From contig NW_026781843.1 of the NCBI RefSeq assembly GCF_030144855.1, positions 124,001 to 169,174 on the forward strand: a stretch of DNA of 45,174 bases, in the 5' to 3' direction. The notes beneath the pieces are model-generated. The model saw only the letters and a program-made list of their open reading frames with translations, was not told the origin of the DNA and made no database searches. Below, in pieces: positions 37,333-45,174 of this stretch. Every line of letters begins with the position of its first letter. The first letter of the stretch is position 1. Made by a program: the position numbers and the translations under genes. This stretch comes from Hypanus sabinus. Lineage: Eukaryota.

Positions 37333-38617
37333 AGACTCCAGGCTCAGTAGTAGACGGCCGACTGGTCCGGGCGCACGCTGGCCGAGCTGAGAATGAACGT
37401 CTCTGTATTGGGTCTCCGGGCGGTGAAGCCGTCCACAGCCCCCTCCGGAATTACTGAGTCAATACCCACGGAATGAAACAGGTTCTGAATCTCCTTCCCG
37501 GGATATTGTCGGTACCAGTAGAGATAATTGCTTGCGCTACCGCCGTCCAGGATGCAATTCAGCTCCACGCTCTCTTCGGGAGATTTGGAGAGAGCCGGCG
37601 TGTCCTGGCGAACAGACTGCGAGGTCGCTCCTGCGGAAGGGAACGGGAAGTGGAGCGAGATCAGCGGGAGACCCGATTGTTAAACGGGAGGACGAGGTTT
37701 AGGGGAAAAGGAACGATGTGATCCATCTGAGAAAACATCGATGATTCTGGACAATGATAAGAAACACAACGTTTGAGGAAATATTATAATTAGCAATATC
37801 TGCATGTTAAAGAGCATAAAATATTGATATGATAATTATTTCCACCTTCTTTGACGCATTCGTAACCCAAACTGCAGCTCCTGAATCACTACAGTTTAGC
37901 AACACCGCGACCACCTTGACTATTGTACATTGAAACAGACCTGGTTTGTCTCTATACTAATTGTCCTGTTTCTTGTACAAAGTCGTGAATAATTCATATT
38001 GCCGTCATTTTCCCCAACAAATGTTGCTTGTCTGATGTTCTGTACCTTTGATTTTGCCGCCAGTTATTTGGTCAAGCACAATAAAATCCACATTAACTTT
38101 GACATCGTCTTGGGAACGATCCCTTCGGCCGAAGTCGTCCATACTGAATCTGTTTACAACGGAGACCGTCCCAGTTGCCCGTGTCCGGCCAAAAGCCACG
38201 TGAACCTCTCCTGTCGACGCCCTTCTGCACTAGTAGACGATGTTTAATCTTTGTTATTATATCCGCCATTATTTCTGCTTGCCAGTTCTAAGTAACCATT
38301 AATATCTGGTGTTCCCTTACAATCTGTCCCCTCTCATCATAAACCCGTGCCGTCTCGTTATCAGCCCCCGTTCCCGTCCCGTTTTAATTCTGAGCCCTTG
38401 CGATTATTGTCGACTGTCCCGGGAATGAAATGCGAGTCGACGCAAACCTCTCCTTGTATCTCGGACACGCAGATTCCGGCAAAATTCTGACAAAGCATCT
38501 CCGCACTCGTTCCAGTTTGACAGAGTGACCAGACCTGGTTCCGGATTGAAGATTAATTATTGTGTGAGATTATTTCATACCCTGAAGCAACGGCGCCAGG
38601 ACGAGAAACAGCAACAT
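37333..38617 (-). pseudogene. TRBV: Inverted TCR beta V pseudogene, family C copy 2; leader 38617-38581, V exon 37630-37333; second Cys codon is TGA
   Basis: Leader MLLFLVLAPLLQ G|gtatga. V exon ATSQSVRQDTPALSKSPEESVELNCILDGGSASNYLYWYRQYPGKEIQNLFHSVG...DQSAVYY*AWS; 950-nt intron. Confidence 0.92.
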
Positions 38618-38844
38618 CCTCTCTCCGGGATCCTTCTCTGTGTTGTGCGAGGGAGCAATTGCGGGAGAAAATGCGGCATCAGGACCCCGCCCCTTCCGGG
38701 CACATTGCTGCCCGCAGACTCCAATCCGGAATACGGGGAATGCTGAAGAGGTGGGACAAAGCCCGAAACGTCATTTCCATATCTGCGCCCAGACCTGGTG
38801 AGTTCTGACAACAATTTGTGTGTGTGTGTTGATTCGGATGGACA

Positions 38845-39555
38845 GCATCTGGAGACCATCGCGTCTTCAGCGTGTAGTAAACTCCGCCACCATGAACAGT
38901 AGCCCGCCCAGCACAGACCACATCTTCAACAGGCGATCCCTCAGTAAGGCAGCATCAATCATTGTCGAGCTCCACCACCCAGTACATGCCCTCTTCTCAT
39001 TACTACCATCAAGGGGCAAGTGCGGGAGACCGGGGCACACACTCAACGATTCAGAAACAGCTGCTCCCCGTCCGCCATCAGATTTCTGATCGGAACACGA
39101 ACCCATGAACACCACCCCGTGTTTTATGGCCTCTCTTGTTTGAACCNNNNNNNNNNNNNNNNNNNNNNNNNNNNNNNNNNNNNNNNNNNNNNNNNNNNNN
39201 NNNNNNNNNNNNNNNNNNNNNNNNNNNNNNNNNNNNNNNNNNNNNNNNNNNNNNNNNNNNNNNNNNNNNNNNNNNNNNNNNNNNNNNNNNNNNNNNNNNN
39301 NNNNNNNNNNNNNNNNNNTGCTTAATCGTACATCTGATTTTTTACCTAGTTATTAACTTCCGTATTAGTCTATTTATTTATCTGCTATTTATTATCTGCG
39401 CAGTCGTCTATTTATCAATTTATTTGTGTATTTAATCACATTTACTGTAATTGATAATATATTTGATCCATTGCACCGGACTGCTGTCGAAGTAACAATA
39501 CATTTTACCACATATACCAGTCATGATAAACCGGATTCCGGTTCTGATAATGATC
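38845..39555 (+). mobile_element. Rex1/Babar-type 3' end and tail (paralog of 27.7-28.35 kb)
   Basis: ASIIVELHHPVHALFSLLPSRGK...RFRNSCSPSAIRFL. Confidence 0.65.
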
Positions 39556-40037
39556 CGCCATTCCTCACCTTGTGATTCCTCCGCCTCAGATTGGCGGCCT
39601 GGTCGCCTGGAGACAAGAAGGGGTAGCTGTAGGAGGAGCTGAAGTTGACAGAATCAGAAAGGGAAGGGATCTGGAGTGTGGAATCAGCGGAGAACACTTG
39701 TAATTGCAGGTCAATATAGTTTGCCTCCCGCTGGACTTCCAACCTTTTTATTTATGTCACGGACAGATTTTACGATGCAAGGGATCCGTGGTCTCCGTCT
39801 ACGATTAATATTGCTGATGAAGGACGTCTCGTCTGACTTTGCGGGCTCGCGTCCGGCGGCAGAACTGGTCGGTCATTCCGGAGTTCCGGAGTTTGAGACC
39901 AGGGATAGAAACGTGAACGGGAGGGCTTTGAAAATATGAAATTTGGGTTGGTGAGTTGACCAGTGTCTGTCCCGTGCTGCTCGATGACGCTGGTGGGGCA
40001 TCATCTGGGATAGAATTAATTTGCTTTCTCCATCCAT

Positions 40038-40051
40038 CCAGCAGAGGGCGA
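40038..40051 (+). promoter_or_regulatory. CTCF-like motif CCAGCAGAGGGCGA
   Basis: Identical core to 28806, at the homologous position. Confidence 0.6.
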
Positions 40052-41599
40052 TAGCACACCATGCATCGGGCATCTGTAAGGAGAAGCATTGCCGAGGTTT
40101 TGGACCAAGACCCTTCGTCGGGACTAACTGAAAGGAAAGATACGAACAGATTTGAAAGTGGGAGGGGCAAGGGGAGATCCGAAATAATAGAAAACAGGAG
40201 GGGGGAGGAGCTGGAAAGTTGATTGGCAAAAGGAATACACAGCTGTAGAGGGGAAATGATCACGGGACGGGAGGCCTAGGAAGAAAGAAAGGGGGAGGAG
40301 CACGGTAGACAGGCAAGGAGTGATTATGATTATGAGAGGGGGAGAGAAAGAGAAAAGGAGAGAAGCAAAAGGGGGGGGGGATGATTAATAAATTAATAAA
40401 TAACGGGTGGTGTAAGAAAGGGAAGGGGGACTTCAACGGACGTTGGAGAAATCTGTGTGTTACTTTTATATATCTACTTATTTAATTCCATATTTGTCTA
40501 TTTATTTATTTATCGGCTACTTATTGTTTTCTTTTTCTGCACAGTCGTCCATTTATTTATTTATTTCCGCATTTATTTATATTTGTTGTCATTTACAGCA
40601 TGTTTGTTCTATTGAACCGGTCTACTGAAAAACTAACAATAAATTTCACGACACATTCCAGATTGGCGGCCTGGTCACCTGGAGACCAGGAGGGGGAGCT
40701 GCTTGAGGAGTGGAAGCTGATGCGTACCTGGAGCGTGGAATCAGCTCAGAGGAGCCGTTAGGACAATTCGATGCGGTTCGTCACGGTCTGGGAGGGCCAC
40801 TATTTTATGCCGCCACCGATACCTTGAAGCAAGGCGTCGTAGGCTCAGGTCGGGAGCCACAGATCGCGGCTGAATATTGCCGACTGGCGAATTCTTTTGG
40901 GTTCTTGTGCGTTTCCAAAACCAGCGGCAGAAATGTTCCGTCACACCACCCTTTGGACATAGCAGCTGGTTCAAAGGTTAAAAGGTACAATTTAATGTCG
41001 GAGAAATGTACACAATATACATCTTGAAATGTTCTTTTTCTTCTCAAACATACCCGGAAACAGAGGCGGGGCACAAGAGTGAACGAGAGATATATGGTAG
41101 AACCCCAAAGCCCTACCCCTTCCCACGCAGCTGCCCCCATCGTGACTCAATTATATACGTGGTTGGGGTGGCCGCACTTACAGTGACGTATATTTCTTGG
41201 CACCTTGTTCTCGGAAAACGTGAGTGAACAAGTGAGAGTGCAGGAAAAAATAATAATGATGGCAGCCGCTCTGCAGGTTGGGTGGACAATGGCAGTGTGG
41301 GGAATCCAGAGCGACAGCGAGTGTCAGTGTTTCAGAGTGAAAGTGAAAAGATTTAAAGGGATCCGAGAAGGTGACAAGTCTAGGGAACGATTCCGAGCGC
41401 AAGAGGTTGAGGCAATGCGATAGTAACTTTGACTTATGACGTCGATAAGACATTAAGGGGACGGTCAGTGAAATCAGGAAGCGGGGATCCGGGAGGTGGT
41501 CACGTGGTCCGCACGGCTGGGCAGGTCTGGGTGCTGCACTCCATTATGACTCTTGCCTGGGGGTTCATGCGTCAGAATTCATTTGTTTTAACTATCCGG

Positions 41600-41613
41600 C
41601 CAGCAGAGGGCGC
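41600..41613 (+). promoter_or_regulatory. CTCF-like motif CCAGCAGAGGGCGC
   Basis: Full match to the core consensus. Confidence 0.6.
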
Positions 41614-43379
41614 TATATCACCATTGGCCAAGCAATGAGGCTGTTCCACAGCTTCTAAAGAAGAATCCGCTTTGCTCCTTACTCCGCATATTATGTCCTT
41701 GCACCCACAATATCGCCGACCGTCAAGTTTGCGATCCAATAATCGCCAATCCTCGTCTGTATTTATATGCAGCGGTGACGCAGGAAGCGGTATCCATCGA
41801 TGAGAATTCAGGTATTGTCCTCTTCTCTTCACTACCATCGCAGAGGAGGGGCAGGAGCCTAAAGTCACACATTCAGAAGATCAGAGACAGATTTTGCCAT
41901 TTCGTTATCAGATTTTGCAAGGGCCCACGAACCAGAGCATCATCTCACTGTTAAGAATTTTCATGACTAATTTATTTCTACGCATTACAGCAAAACGCTA
42001 TCAGAAAACTGATTTTTTCTCTCTCTCCCTCCCCCTCTCTCTTTTTCACCTTCCCTGTCTCTCGCTCTCACTCTTTCTCTGACTCTTTGCCTATGCACCT
42101 GCCAGTCTGTCTAACTGATTAAATTCTCAACATAAAACTCATGCCCTCCCAAGGAGNNNNNNNNNNNNNNNNNNNNNNNNNNNNNNNNNNNNNNNNNNNN
42201 NNNNNNNNNNNNNNNNNNNNNNNNNNNNNNNNNNNNNNNNNNNNNNNNNNNNNNNNNNNNNNNNNNNNNNNNNNNNNNNNNNNNNNNNNNNNNNNNNNNN
42301 NNNNNNNNNNCGATTTTCTCTTGTTGGTTGTCATGACTCCCGATGTCCAGTGACATCGCTGCGTTCCTGCCCCGGTTCCGTGCAAATTGCGTCGTTGCCT
42401 GCGGAGTGCAGCTATGGATGAACATCCACCAACATCCCCGAGAATCCATGAGTTGCGCAACAGGCCGGTCGACTCAAACGGCACACCCGGACCAACATGG
42501 CGATCTACGCTAACCCCATTTGTCCCGTATTCACTCACTTCCAGTCTGCATTGGATCTACACCCGATAGATACACTTTCAACCACTCGACAACTCATCAT
42601 CCCAGTATTATTTATTTAACTACACTGTGTTTTGAAGTAGATGTCCTCTTGTGCAAACAGTCTGCTGTTAACTAAGATCTGTAGTTTCTTTACATTCCTG
42701 TAAATATTCGCAATTAAATGAATCTCAAGGTGGATCTGGTGACACACTGTCCATATACTCTGACGATTCATTGGCTTTGATCTTTGATCATTGAACACGG
42801 TCGTACGGGGACAGACAGAGGGGTTCTGGTCGTGGGCGGAGGCGGGTCAAGTTTACGGTTCCTTTTGAGGCGAATCCTGCGTCCGACTCGCCTCTGCGCC
42901 TGCGTCTGTGCACAAAACCGATTTGCATCGACTTTCTAAAGGTGCTGCAGTTGAAGTTGAAGAGCATTACCCCATTCTCCCGGTACCTCTTCGCTAAACA
43001 CTTGTATTACATTAAAGAGGGTGTCTCAGTCCAGGACAGTGATCCACACACTCCGGTCGTCAGACACGTAGTCTGACTCCCTCCGCACCGCTCCTGCACA
43101 CACTGCCGCAATGTTAATCTATTTCTACACGGTTCCATCACACACTTCTGGGGTCAGAAAAAACACTGGCAACTTCCCTCGAAAAATCTTTCTGTACGTT
43201 CCCCGGAAAATGTATTTTGTGCGGTGTTAGTCTACCTCCTTAAATGACCTCTTCTCGAAGCTCATTCATGATATAAGTCCATAGTCTGGATAAAGATGTT
43301 TCAACTCAGTTCCCCGTTGAATCGTTAACTCTCTCCTTTGAACTGTTCCCTCAAGAGCTTGATCATCTTTCTCCCCACC

Positions 43380-43400
43380 ACTCTCTTTTGCCATCTTTCA

Positions 43401-43438
<38 letters not shown>

Positions 43439-43445
43439 TTTGCTG
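43380..43445 (+). repeat. (CT)n microsatellite
   Basis: Direct read; other CT-rich tracts at 20.9, 34.3, 42.0 and 43.7-44.1 kb. Confidence 0.85.
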
Positions 43446-45174
43446 GCCATGGTGGATTTAAATATGGAAGAAAATGTTGAGACCGAATGGGACACAGACA
43501 GTAGAGTCAGGCAGATGTAGGCTCCATGTGCTTGGCGTTGTGCGAAGAAAGGATATCGCCTATTTTGTTGTTATCAATTCGAATAAATGGTCTGAGCGAT
43601 TATTGGTACAGAGGGAGCAGAGTGTAGTTTGCACGCTGTTGGCCAGAGGCTCTCATTCCTTATCTCTCTCTCCCTCTCTACCCCTCTTTTTTTCAATCTC
43701 CCGCCCCCCCACTCTCTCTCTCTATCTGCCTCTCTCTCCAGCTCCCTGACTTTTGTTCCTGCTGATTCTCTAACTGCTCAAAACTTTCTCACCGGTGTAT
43801 CTCTTTATTTGTTTATCTGGATATCTAACTTTGTAATTCAGCGTCGCAAATGGCCATTGGTGACACCGAAGGCCACACGCCTGCTTCATTTTACCAATCT
43901 GAATCGAGGTATGCGTCAGTAATACTCTGTCGAATCGTCATTGTCCCTCATGACATTATACATTGCTTTCTCCCGATAGACGCGTAACGATAGCATTCTC
44001 TTCTTCCTTATCTTTCGCTCTTTCGCTCTCCCTCTCTCCTTCCATCCTTCCGTCTTTCTGTATCTCTTTCTTCCGGACTGTAGTTGTCCCTGAGTTTCTC
44101 CCTGCCTGTAAATCGCTCATCTGACTATCTCTTCGTTTATTTGTTTTGATATGTATCTCTGTGAAAAACGCCACAGCGATGAACAGCGCCTTCGGCCAAA
44201 TGAGCCAAGCTCAGATCAGAATGAAAATTACACCGGAATATCGGACAGCTGACTCGAACCTGATCAGCGTTTACGATCCGGACTTCGAAACTCCTAACGG
44301 TACAGCGGATGAAAATACAAATACCCTCTAGCAAGTTTAATCCCGTCCGCCGGAGAGGAAGTGTCATTTCCATGACTAAATACAAAGGGGAGAAGGACCG
44401 CCGTCCACTGGTGCTTGGTCATTGGTGGTCTGATCTGGGAGTTCAGCGACATGAGTTCGCAAAGGACGTTTCGAATTTTCAACCCTCCACCAAGCAAAAC
44501 AACAGCCAGTGTCGCACTACGTGAGTCCACCAAGACCACCACCCCTAGCAATGATACTGTGCTGTTGTGACATACTTGGGATCAACGGCAGAATAAGTCG
44601 GATGCCATGTGTCCTACAAGCCAGCACCTATCCGAGAGAGACTCCGGCCGCTTTAGGAAAATGTGTAGCAGAGTGCTAATATTCAGGAGAAGCACTTTGT
44701 GTTGTCTGTTTAGATTTCTGTTCTGCTACTGGCCCGTTGACGTCTGCGTTACTTCCTGCGCGTCATACAACGGGCGGTATTAAAATTCAAATGCCAAAAC
44801 CAGAGCGAAGCTGGAAGTACAGTCGGTTTTGAATGACGGTGTTAGTAGTTGATGAACAAACATACTTAGGAGAGACATTGGTTTTGATTTGGTAATTAAT
44901 CAGAGGTTTCTGAACTACCATCAGTAAAAACACAGATATGGATTTCCCATTTCTCNNNNNNNNNNNNNNNNNNNNNNNNNNNNNNNNNNNNNNNNNNNNN
45001 NNNNNNNNNNNNNNNNNNNNNNNNNNNNNNNNNNNNNNNNNNNNNNNNNNNNNNNNNNNNNNNNNNNNNNNNNNNNNNNNNNNNNNNNNNNNNNNNNNNN
45101 NNNNNNNNNNNNNNNNNNNNNNNNNNCCATCTGCTTGTCCGTCTGTCTGTCTATCCATCTATCCAACCTTCTAT

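Larger units (their letters stand above)
20930..40140 (+). repeat. Tandem segmental duplication of a three-V cassette (about 20930-28970 and about 31085-40140)
   Basis: Same order and orientation of V families, promoters, introns, Rex1 fragment, CTCF motif and downstream repeat. Confidence 0.92.

Noticed and set aside
20930-40140. Duplication as an uncollapsed-haplotype artefact
   Set aside because: Divergence, distinct TE insertions and distinct lesions are too extensive for alleles, though long reads would be needed to be certain.
42800-42830. ggggacagacagagggg as a TRBD segment
   Set aside because: Not the conserved GGGACAGGGGGC and no flanking 12/23 RSSs.
42911-42928. cacaaaacc plus octamer ATTTGCAT
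   Set aside because: No heptamer at 12 or 23 bp, and an 8-mer is expected about once by chance in 45 kb (another is at 365).
1-45174. CRISPR arrays, rRNA, operons, TCR J or C exons
   Set aside because: None seen; the DNA is eukaryotic and has no FGxG-plus-donor J or C1-set exon.

Overview
Vertebrate genomic DNA with nine N gaps. It is almost certainly from a cartilaginous fish, and the repeat content suggests a ray (inference). There are no prokaryotic features. The left part (1-20 kb) holds an intact two-exon class A GPCR on the minus strand (exon 1 9272-9092, exon 2 4327-3402, 368 aa, GPR139/142-like chondrichthyan family), a 3' fragment of a paralog, and dense CR1/L1/SINE debris. The right part (21-40 kb) is a T-cell receptor V-gene cluster of six V segments, each with a leader/intron or promoter remnant and a 23-bp-spacer RSS. 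They are arranged as a three-gene cassette [family A +, family B +, family C -] that is tandemly duplicated at about 10-11 kb spacing. All six resemble the mammalian inverted TRBV30 (SQxIHQxP...LFxSxG...RP...F.L...CAWS). Only one V exon (31777-32075) is open and the other five are pseudogenes, yet every one keeps a perfect CACAGTG heptamer and 23-bp spacer. Conserved CTCF-like motifs and CCAAT boxes accompany the cassettes. No D, J or C segment was found. Most ORFs in the track are CR1 fragments or noise. Repeat boundaries are approximate.
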